Virus record (IMG/VR): IMGVR_UViG_3300048629_000047
Location: 1 to 46,108 of that record
Origin: a virus
Taxonomy: Duplodnaviria; Caudoviricetes
DNA: 46,108 nt
Reading direction: 5' to 3' (one strand)
Shown: positions 1 to 7,009 of the stretch, piece after piece
How the letters are laid out: each line of letters starts with the position of its first letter
Position numbering within the stretch: position 1 is the first letter of the stretch
The notes under the pieces: model-generated
What the model was told of the DNA's origin: nothing
Databases searched by the model: none
Seen by the model: the letters and a program-made list of their open reading frames with translations, nothing else
Translations under genes and position numbers: made by a program

Positions 1-227
1 AACACCCTCTTAACAAAACGCCAAAAACCGCGCAGTTAAAGGACATCGCGCATCGGCACAGGTTGATTAAGGGGACGTGTGGGACGTGCCAGTATTGGGA
101 TCGCGAATTACTATATTGTGCTCGTGTAGGACATTTTGTAGCAACGCCAATGTACGCTTGTGTGTTCTATAAAGCAAAGGACGTTGACACACAAGAAACT
201 GCGGCGAAGGAGGCCGCGACGAAATGA
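1..227 (+). CDS. 3' part of an 81-aa Cys-rich hypothetical protein that starts at 46090 and wraps the junction
   Basis: Frame from position 3 reads HPLNKTPKTAQLKDIAHRHRLIKGTCGTCQYWDRELLYCARVGHFVATPMYACVFY...KEAATK*; stop overlaps the next ATG (ATGA, 224-227). Confidence 0.75.
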   Translation, partial: HPLNKTPKTAQLKDIAHRHRLIKGTCGTCQYWDRELLYCARVGHFVATPMYACVFYKAKDVDTQETAAKEAATK

Positions 228-751
228 AACTATTTATCGCCCTAACTCTGCTGTCACTAAGTCGCCCCGCGTACGCAGTAGACGACGCGACATTAACAGC
301 GGTGCTCTATCTCGTACAGCAGCACCCGCACCCGCTCGCCGATGATGCCGACGCATTGACTGAGATCGCCGACGCACTTTACGACGCCGCGCAACAGTAC
401 CGCGTGCCTGCGCTGCTACTCGTGTCAATGGCGTGGTTCGAATCTCACTTTCGGCCGGACATTTTGAGACTAAAAACCGTCGGCAAACTCGGTGAACAAG
501 GGTTACTGCAAACCGGTCCGCACGCGGTAAGGGACGGACGGTGCGACACTTCAACGCTCACCGGGCAGGCCGCTTGTGGTGCGCGCTGGCTCGCTCTTGC
601 GCGCGACGGTTGCAACGGGTCGATAGAGCAGGGCCTTGCGCTGTATGCCTCAGGGCGCACGTGTCACGCGGAGAAGAGTAAACGATTGCTGTGGAGGGTT
701 AACGCACGGCTGCACCTTTGGCGACGGCTGGAGGGGAGGTTTGGGAGATGA
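224..751 (+). CDS. Lytic transglycosylase (SLT/lysozyme-like) with N-terminal signal peptide
   Basis: AWFESHF catalytic Glu-Ser motif, GEQGLLQ, ALYASG; hydrophobic N-terminus ending AYA; SD AAGGAGG. Confidence 0.75.
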   Translation: MKLFIALTLLSLSRPAYAVDDATLTAVLYLVQQHPHPLADDADALTEIADALYDAAQQYRVPALLLVSMAWFESHFRPDILRLKTVGKLGEQGLLQTGPHAVRDGRCDTSTLTGQAACGARWLALARDGCNGSIEQGLALYASGRTCHAEKSKRLLWRVNARLHLWRRLEGRFGR

Positions 752-1257
752 CTTTGCTAATAACAAAAGCGTGGGCGATGCCTTCTAAAAATACTTTCAC
801 GATCAAACCGATTAGGCAGATCGTCGAAAAATACGCGCACGGGATAATTGTAGACCCATTTGCAAACAGTAGTAAAATCGCAACAATAACTAATGATTTG
901 GACCCCGCTTTTGACACTGATTATAATTTAGATGCTCTTGATTTTTTGAAAATACTACAGAACAACAGCGCTAATACTGTGTTATACGACCCGCCTTTTT
1001 CCCCGCGCCAAGTGAGCGACTGTTACCGCAAAATGGACAGAACAGTCAATAAGGAAACGACACAAAAATCATTTTGGGCAAAATTAAAGCGAGAAATTAC
1101 ACGGGTTATTATGCCACAGGGAATCGTTATTTCGGCGGGGTGGAACAGTGGAGGCATCGGCAAAAAACTTGGTTTTGAGCAAATAGAAATTCTACTTGTC
1201 GCTCATGGCGGGGGACGTAACGACACAATTGTTACTATAGAAAGGCTTGGGCGATGA
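748..1257 (+). CDS. Small adenine-specific DNA methyltransferase
   Basis: VDPFA (SAM-binding motif I-like) and YDPPF (motif IV); ATG 748 overlaps the upstream stop. Confidence 0.8.
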   Translation: MTLLITKAWAMPSKNTFTIKPIRQIVEKYAHGIIVDPFANSSKIATITNDLDPAFDTDYNLDALDFLKILQNNSANTVLYDPPFSPRQVSDCYRKMDRTVNKETTQKSFWAKLKREITRVIMPQGIVISAGWNSGGIGKKLGFEQIEILLVAHGGGRNDTIVTIERLGR

Positions 1258-1400
1258 TCGAAAAATTAGAAAAGGCATTTCTGATTTTTATCACAACGTT
1301 TTATGTCGCAATAATCTTGACCGGACTGCCTGTGTTGCTGGCTATGACCGTGACTGTGGTTGTGCACATTTTTACCGGCGAATGGTTGATGTTATTATGA
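1254..1400 (+). CDS. 48-aa hydrophobic membrane protein (not in ORF track)
   Basis: MIEKLEKAFLIFITTFYVAIILTGLPVLLAMTVTVVVHIFTGEWLMLL; ATGA overlaps at both ends. Confidence 0.6.
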   Translation: MIEKLEKAFLIFITTFYVAIILTGLPVLLAMTVTVVVHIFTGEWLMLL

Positions 1401-1633
1401 GCACCGCAAGCAAAGCACGAAAAACCCGATGGCAACGATTGCACTATAAAAATTTTGATCATAACTGGAGGTGCATCAAGTGCGGCGGGATAGTTAGCGC
1501 AAATAAAGATCTACCGCCACGATTAACCGATGACGGATTTCGCGAGTGGGTGGTTTTAATGAGCTGCGGTTGTGTGATTGGTTTTTCGGACATTTTCAAT
1601 TATTTAAAAGAGAGCGAGGATAAGACAAAATGA
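1397..1633 (+). CDS. Hypothetical protein with CxxC/CxC
   Basis: 3' part of track ORF 1247-1633; ATG 1397 coupled to the previous stop. Confidence 0.6.
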   Translation: MSTASKARKTRWQRLHYKNFDHNWRCIKCGGIVSANKDLPPRLTDDGFREWVVLMSCGCVIGFSDIFNYLKESEDKTK

Positions 1634-2256
1634 AAGTCAAAATCAAAACTTGGGATAGATTGCGCAGCGAATACGGCCCTGCTGATGACATGGGGACAGT
1701 ATTAATATTTACCCCCGGCGTTACGTTCACGCGTCCGATGGAGGCGGCGTTACCCTCGGACAGATTAATTGAAGTCGAACAAATTGGATTCGATCTTTTT
1801 AAATGGCATGTTGAGGATGGGGACTATTTGATCACCGATCAAGTGATCGCCGAATACCTCGACGACGAAGAACCCGCAACCGGCGCGGAGATCGTCGATC
1901 AACTGATTGGGCCTGAGCCTAAGCCAACATGGGACAACGACGAGGATTGCCCTTTAACTCCGCCCTCGTGTAACGGCGGTGATTCCTGTGAGTGTCAATT
2001 CGTGGAACCAGCGTCACTACTATCTGACAACCCCCCCATGGATCTAGTAGATCTAAACTTCGTAGCCGCAATGTCCCTGAATATGCAGCGAGGCATCAAA
2101 GGCGACCGCGTACGCGACGGCTGGAGGGATATGCCTTGGGACGCGGAAACCCAGTCACTGTATAGGTCAAAGCTTTTACGCCACGTTAAAGATCGAGATT
2201 GGGCAGCGGTGGCGTGCAACGCTATGATTCTTTTTGTGAGGGGCGAAGTAAAATGA
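1630..2256 (+). CDS. Protein with C-terminal DUF5664-like (dATP/dGTP diphosphohydrolase-type) domain
   Basis: PMDLVDLNFVAAMSLNMQRG...GW...YRSKLLRH...AAVACNAMIL resembles the family pattern but is degenerate. Confidence 0.5.
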   Translation: MKVKIKTWDRLRSEYGPADDMGTVLIFTPGVTFTRPMEAALPSDRLIEVEQIGFDLFKWHVEDGDYLITDQVIAEYLDDEEPATGAEIVDQLIGPEPKPTWDNDEDCPLTPPSCNGGDSCECQFVEPASLLSDNPPMDLVDLNFVAAMSLNMQRGIKGDRVRDGWRDMPWDAETQSLYRSKLLRHVKDRDWAAVACNAMILFVRGEVK

Positions 2257-2483
2257 ACATAGTACAAAACTACATAGCCCCTGCGCTGTTTGCGCTCGTG
2301 CTCGTCCTCGTGGTTTACTTCGCGGTCAAAATGGGCGAGGAATCAGACCGCTACTTTTTTGATCGTTGCGTAGCAGAATGTGAACACGCGCAAGACGCCG
2401 GTGCTATTGAGTCAGAGGATTTGAAGAGCTGTAAACACGGTTGTTATTTGCGCAATATTAAACCGAAGGAGGGGAGAAGATGA
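2253..2483 (+). CDS. Membrane-anchored hypothetical protein
   Basis: N-terminal TM segment, two CxxxC pairs; ATGA coupling. Confidence 0.65.
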   Translation: MNIVQNYIAPALFALVLVLVVYFAVKMGEESDRYFFDRCVAECEHAQDAGAIESEDLKSCKHGCYLRNIKPKEGRR

Positions 2484-2956
2484 AAGCACTAACACTATAC
2501 CCCGAGTGGGCGTGGGCAATCACGCATCTAGACAAGCGCGTCGAAAACCGCTCCTGGATGGCCCCGTCATGGCTCGAAGGCGAGCGGTTCGCGATCCACG
2601 CGGGAGCGTCGACGCGGGCTTATGACAAGGCCGGATGGTTATTTGATCTTCGCGAAGCGGCAGAGGACGCGGGTTGGAGCTCGCATTTTGTTGACGGGGA
2701 GACCGAATTTAATAAAGGCGCAGCCTATGCAAAACTAAACCTCGCCCATAGCGCAATCGTCGCCGTGGTACGCGTGCGAAAGTGCACGCCCGATTTACCT
2801 CTCCCACCGTGGGGGCAGATCGGGAATTTTCACTGGTATCTAGAGGATGTCCAGGTATTACCTACGCCGCTAAGGTGCGCAGGACAGCAGGGGCTTTGGA
2901 ACGTGCCTGAGGAATTGGTTTTGGGAATTGAGAAACAGATCGGAGGTGTGAAATGA
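2480..2956 (+). CDS. ASCH domain protein
   Basis: MKALTL.PEWAWAI...KRVENRSW...AIHAG and C-terminal GQQGLW. Confidence 0.85.
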   Translation: MKALTLYPEWAWAITHLDKRVENRSWMAPSWLEGERFAIHAGASTRAYDKAGWLFDLREAAEDAGWSSHFVDGETEFNKGAAYAKLNLAHSAIVAVVRVRKCTPDLPLPPWGQIGNFHWYLEDVQVLPTPLRCAGQQGLWNVPEELVLGIEKQIGGVK

Positions 2957-3138
2957 ACACCTGTCGTAACTGTAAATTTTTTCTCGACTCAGGTCACGTT
3001 CTTGTTGTATCGCCGCGCCGCAAAACACCCGCCGTCGCCAAGGACGGTTTGTGTCGCCTCACCCTCGACGAAGTCAACAACGACGACGACACGTGCGAAA
3101 AATTTGAAATTGCGAAACAGATCGGAGAAGTAAAATGA
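2926..3138 (+). repeat. 31-nt direct repeat at consecutive gene junctions (2926-2956 and 3108-3138)
   Basis: aattgagaaacagatcggaggtgtgaaatga vs aattgcgaaacagatcggagaagtaaaatga, 27/31 identical. Confidence 0.85.
2953..3138 (+). CDS. Small Cys-rich hypothetical protein
   Basis: CRNC...C...C pattern; SD GGAGG. Confidence 0.7.
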   Translation: MNTCRNCKFFLDSGHVLVVSPRRKTPAVAKDGLCRLTLDEVNNDDDTCEKFEIAKQIGEVK

Positions 3139-3257
3139 CAAAACAAGAAATCAAAAAACGGCTCGAAGATATTTTAAACGATAGCCCGGATTTTTTCTAT
3201 TCGAGTGTTGTTGATCTAATTTTTGACTTGAATCAGGATATAAAAAACGATGACTAA
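3135..3257 (+). CDS. 40-aa hypothetical protein (not in ORF track)
   Basis: MTKQEIKKRLEDILNDSPDFFYSSVVDLIFDLNQDIKNDD; SD GGAG; fills the gap between neighbours. Confidence 0.55.
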   Translation: MTKQEIKKRLEDILNDSPDFFYSSVVDLIFDLNQDIKNDD

Positions 3258-3921
3258 AAATCTAATCACCCTACTGTCCCCCGGACACGGCGGCGTCGGA
3301 CCGTTTAATACGTACCTCACGCGCTGGAAGCGCAGCTTCGAAGTGCCTCCCGGCGTTTATGAGGGCGGTTTTAATGAAGAGATAGTAGAAGAGGTTGAGC
3401 GACAAATTCTGCATTGCGGTAACACTTTTGAATTGCCGGGAGGGCCAGGTACGCCGACGATGGTTATCCCCGACTCAGATATTTCGACCGTCAACCTCCG
3501 CCCTGGCCCCGTCAACACACCGCTCCGAAGCCGGATCAAATATTCAAACGCGCTCAAGCGAGCTTTACCCGATCACAAATTTCTGTACCTCGCTTGTCAC
3601 GCCAACGCCGCGCGAGGTAAGGGCTGGAGCAAAGCACGCGGTCACAAGATTTTTTACAAAGCCGGAAACGCAGACAGTAAGCGGCTCGCGAGGATGATTG
3701 ATTTTGCACTCACTTACGCGTGGCCGGGCGTACCGTCACGCGGTATCAAAGCAGCGCCATGGTTGCGTGAGTGTCGAGGGCCACGAATGCCAGCGGTGCT
3801 GGTTGAGTTTGGTTTTATGACTAACAGGGAAGATTGCGAGTACTTGAGCGACCGCGAAAAAATAGAAAGAGCAGGCGAGGCGGTCGCGTTAACAATCGAG
3901 GAATGGAGCAAGACACTATGA
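3250..3921 (+). CDS. N-acetylmuramoyl-L-alanine amidase (Amidase_3), probable endolysin
   Basis: PGHGG, E, CHANA zinc ligands and PAVLVEFGFMTN catalytic motif. Confidence 0.9.
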   Translation: MTKNLITLLSPGHGGVGPFNTYLTRWKRSFEVPPGVYEGGFNEEIVEEVERQILHCGNTFELPGGPGTPTMVIPDSDISTVNLRPGPVNTPLRSRIKYSNALKRALPDHKFLYLACHANAARGKGWSKARGHKIFYKAGNADSKRLARMIDFALTYAWPGVPSRGIKAAPWLRECRGPRMPAVLVEFGFMTNREDCEYLSDREKIERAGEAVALTIEEWSKTL

Positions 3922-4091
3922 CCGCCCTCGAAATCTACACCGCAATAATTTTGGTCACGTGTTGGTCCGCAAGCGTGCTTTATCTGTTGCTATCACCGGC
4001 CGAGCGCGAAATTATCACGCGACGCACACGGAATAAATCGCGGCGACGTAACTGCAAAAAACCGATGAACGGAAGGGAAGCAAAAAGATGA
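3918..4091 (+). CDS. Small single-TM protein with basic C-terminus (holin candidate)
   Basis: MTALEIYTAIILVTCWSASVLYLLL then Arg/Lys-rich tail; directly follows the amidase. Confidence 0.5.
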   Translation: MTALEIYTAIILVTCWSASVLYLLLSPAEREIITRRTRNKSRRRNCKKPMNGREAKR

Positions 4092-4351
4092 ACCCGTTTA
4101 TAAATCTACTCACAAGCGCAATCAGCCCCGTGACCATCGGCTTGCTCAAAAGAAAAATCCGACGACTCGAAAACGAGAACGCGGCGCTGCTCAACCGAAT
4201 CGACGCCGTCGCCGACAAACTAAAACGTGAGCGCACGTTACACGCGGTAACGCACACCCGCCTTGACGCAGCGAGGAAGGAGGTGCGAATGTTGCGGCTG
4301 CGTCTCGTTCAACGCCGCACCAAACCGATTGCTGAAAATCCCTACGGGTGA
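4088..4351 (+). CDS. Coiled-coil hypothetical protein
   Basis: Heptad-like helix; ATGA coupling. Confidence 0.65.
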   Translation: MNPFINLLTSAISPVTIGLLKRKIRRLENENAALLNRIDAVADKLKRERTLHAVTHTRLDAARKEVRMLRLRLVQRRTKPIAENPYG

Positions 4352-4384
4352 TAAAATCCGCTTGACAACCCAAGGATTTTTACA

Positions 4385-5653
4385 ATGAAAATTTGGCCTT
4401 TTAAAAAGAAAAACGACCTTGAAATTTCTGTAACCGACGCCAACGAAGACGTTGATCTGGAATCACTTTTCAGCGTACCTGCTGAAAATTTTCTTGACAA
4501 CATCACAGTTGACAGCCTTAAAAAAACGGTTACTCGAATGCTCCAGGATGAGCAGGTCTTCTCTGAGTATTCGACCTTCAAAAGTTTTGTTACGTCCGCT
4601 GAACACGACATTGACGCGGAAAACGAGACTATCAAAGAGGAAGCCGCGCAGTACTTGAAAAACATCGAGGTTCAGAAGCTGCTTGAGGCCCTCGATTATG
4701 GCTCGATAATCTGCGAAGTCATTTGGGACGACCCTGCGAACAACGCTGGAAAGTGGGTAATCAAGCGCCTTAAAACGCTTGACCCTGAACGCTACGGGTT
4801 TAATAAAGCCGGTCAAATAGTTGACCGCGAAAATGATATAGTCCTCGATCAACCCTATAAATTTATCAGCGTTTCTCACGACGTGCGCAACGATAACCCG
4901 CAAGGTAACTCACTTTTACTTAAAGCTTACTGGCCTTGGTTTTTCCGCAAAACCTGTATCCGCGCGGGTATGCTCTACACAAAGAAGGCGATCATCCCCT
5001 CCCTCGTGGCGATTTATAAAAGCGCAATCGATCAAAAAACAACAGAAGCAAACGGTGCGGCAATCGCAAAAAAACTCACCGCGCTGGCGAACTCTTCGGC
5101 GGTGGCCATGGCTAACGTCGACAGCGTTCAATCAATCAACGCGACCTCAAAAGGCACGGACATCGTCAACTTGATTGAGTTGTTCAATCGGATGATTTCA
5201 AAAGCATTTCTAGGGACGTCTACTCTCACTAACGATTCCCGGTATTCGAATCAAGGCGGCTCCGACAACCAGGTTGATTTAATCAAGACACGAGCGCGTG
5301 AGATCGCTGTCAACGAGTGGCAGCCTGCGATCAACACGTTACTATCCTGGACCTGGGAGCTGAATCACGGCGTCACGAAGGACGTGCCTTTTTACCGTTT
5401 CGTTTACGATTACGATCCGACCTTTGAGGAGCTGCTCAACGCGCAAAACGCGCGCATCCCCTTCAGCCTTGAGTGGTTCAGAAACAAATTCAACATCGAG
5501 GCTCCCAAAGACGACGACGATTCCTCGGTTAAAGACGCTCAAATTTTTTCAAGTAAAGTGGAGGCTGGCGACCGTTTTTTTCAGCGCGACGCGAAGCCGC
5601 CGAAGCTGATGACCGCGATCTCACGGATGCGACGGAATATTTCGGAGGATTAA
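4385..5653 (+). CDS. Portal protein (Mu gp29/DUF935-like)
   Basis: KFISVSHDVRNDNPQGNSLLLKAYWPWFFRK signature, ISKAFLG.TLT; followed by gpF. Confidence 0.85.
   Translation: MKIWPFKKKNDLEISVTDANEDVDLESLFSVPAENFLDNITVDSLKKTVTRMLQDEQVFSEYSTFKSFVTSAEHDIDAENETIKEEAAQYLKNIEVQKLLEALDYGSIICEVIWDDPANNAGKWVIKRLKTLDPERYGFNKAGQIVDRENDIVLDQPYKFISVSHDVRNDNPQGNSLLLKAYWPWFFRKTCIRAGMLYTKKAIIPSLVAIYKSAIDQKTTEANGAAIAKKLTALANSSAVAMANVDSVQSINATSKGTDIVNLIELFNRMISKAFLGTSTLTNDSRYSNQGGSDNQVDLIKTRAREIAVNEWQPAINTLLSWTWELNHGVTKDVPFYRFVYDYDPTFEELLNAQNARIPFSLEWFRNKFNIEAPKDDDDSSVKDAQIFSSKVEAGDRFFQRDAKPPKLMTAISRMRRNISED
5560..5581 (+). promoter_or_regulatory. Candidate -1 frameshift signal (internal SD plus T TTT TTT) linking portal to gpF
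   Basis: GGAGG 5560-5564, 10-nt spacer, T7 at 5575-5581 in X XXY YYZ phase; -1 frame open from 5557 to 6513. Confidence 0.7.
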
Positions 5654-6513
5654 TCGCCGATAATCTTTGGCCGGAGCTTTACGCGAAAGTCGAAGATGAA
5701 AATCCTACACCGGGAGAGCCTTATATCACCGACGCCAGCGCGATTAATGAGGAGGGCACCATCAATACACACCTCCTCGGTTTTGCTCACGTGGCGCGCA
5801 ACGTCGCAACGCAAGAGGGGGACAACAAAACACTTAGTATGTTCGCCGCCGACACCCCCGTGATTGACGAACGAACTATTGAAACGATTCTTGAAGACGC
5901 TGGCGTCGGAAAAGATTACATTCGCGAGCTGGAGGCCGCGTTGCAAGATACGCTCCCGGTGCGCGCGAAGCTTGACTTCTACGACAGCATGAAGACTCTT
6001 CAAAAATATTTAGCAGAGAACGTACCGACCGGGATGGGCCTGCGAGAGTTCATCGACAGCGTCGGCAAAGACGAGGTCATGACCGCGCTGGGTATCTCGC
6101 CGGAGAACCCGCATTATATCGAAACGGTCTATCGGACCAACTACGGCACGGCTCACAGTGCGGGACGCTGGGCAGCTTCGCAGGCTTCTAAAAGCGTTGT
6201 ACTGCTTGAGTACCAAGCTGTCATGGACAACCGCACAACGCCTATTTGCAGCGAGCTGAACGGTGTGATCCTGCCGAAGGATCACCCGTTCTGGGACGCA
6301 CATTACCCACTTAACCACTTCTCCTGCCGGTCAACGGTGACAGAGCTGACGGAGTCTTATGTCGAGATCGAGGGCATCGAAGAGACACAAACACCGCTGA
6401 TTGACGCTGATATTATCCATAAAGATTTCAACACGAACCCAGGGCAATCGCTCGATTGGATGAAACCATCAAAAGGCATGAAAGAAAGGCTCGCGAGTTA
6501 TGAAGCGCCGTAG
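5581..6513 (+). CDS. Minor head protein Mu gpF / SPP1 gp7-like, probably translated as a portal fusion (track start GTG 5791)
   Basis: ETVYRTNYGTAHSAGRW, YQAVMDNRTTPICSELNG, HPFW..HYPLNHFSCRSTV; frame is open 78 codons upstream of the SD-less GTG. Confidence 0.85.
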   Translation, partial: SARREAAEADDRDLTDATEYFGGLIADNLWPELYAKVEDENPTPGEPYITDASAINEEGTINTHLLGFAHVARNVATQEGDNKTLSMFAADTPVIDERTIETILEDAGVGKDYIRELEAALQDTLPVRAKLDFYDSMKTLQKYLAENVPTGMGLREFIDSVGKDEVMTALGISPENPHYIETVYRTNYGTAHSAGRWAASQASKSVVLLEYQAVMDNRTTPICSELNGVILPKDHPFWDAHYPLNHFSCRSTVTELTESYVEIEGIEETQTPLIDADIIHKDFNTNPGQSLDWMKPSKGMKERLASYEAP

Positions 6514-6703
6514 AGTCCACCCTGTGATCGAGCTGATAAATAATAAATACGGCTCGGTCAGTGACTACGCGGCTTCCCTCGGTGTGCACTGCACCTCCAT
6601 CAGCCACGCTCTGAGTTTTGATGATGGTTACGAAAAACTTTTTTACAAAATCGCAGAAGAGTTCGACTTCGAGGATGACTTCAATTTAATAGATAGGTAC
6701 TGA
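6500..6703 (+). CDS. Small HTH-like DNA-binding protein
   Basis: YGSVSDYAASLGVHCTSISHAL helix-turn-helix pattern. Confidence 0.5.
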   Translation: MKRRRVHPVIELINNKYGSVSDYAASLGVHCTSISHALSFDDGYEKLFYKIAEEFDFEDDFNLIDRY

Positions 6704-7001
6704 GCGCACCCGCGCCAACACTGAGGATCCCAGCCAACGCAAGAAAAAATTTTGTCCGCGCCTTGGTCTCCGCGCGTGTCATCGTTTGATTGCCGCACGC
6801 GGATTTGTGCTCACCGATTGCGTATGCCATCAAGTCGGTCGCGCTGTCTTTTGTGAGCATCTTACTTAAGCCGGAGGTGTTCGTCTTGAGCATGTCAACG
6901 TTTGTTTTCAGGACCTCCACATCAACTTTTAGGCCAGTGATGTCGGAGGAGATCATATCGATCTTTTTTTCAATCCGGATCGTGGTAGTATCGTCTGGCA
7001 T
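6681..7001 (-). CDS. Coiled-coil protein with C-terminal TM helix (XhlA/holin-like); likely start ATG 7001
   Basis: MPDDTTTIRIEKKID...FFLALAGILSVGAGALSTYLLN; AGGA upstream; the longer track ORF overlaps the neighbouring gene. Confidence 0.6.
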   Translation of the reverse strand: MPDDTTTIRIEKKIDMISSDITGLKVDVEVLKTNVDMLKTNTSGLSKMLTKDSATDLMAYAIGEHKSACGNQTMTRAETKARTKFFLALAGILSVGAGALSTYLLN

Positions 7002-7009
7002 CGGTAGTC

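Noticed and set aside
4362-4386. TTGACA...TACAAT promoter before portal
   Set aside because: Spacer is only 13 nt and the -10 overlaps the start codon.
5067-5075. A AAA AAA in portal as a slippery site
   Set aside because: -1 frame stops after about 14 codons, in the middle of the portal fold.
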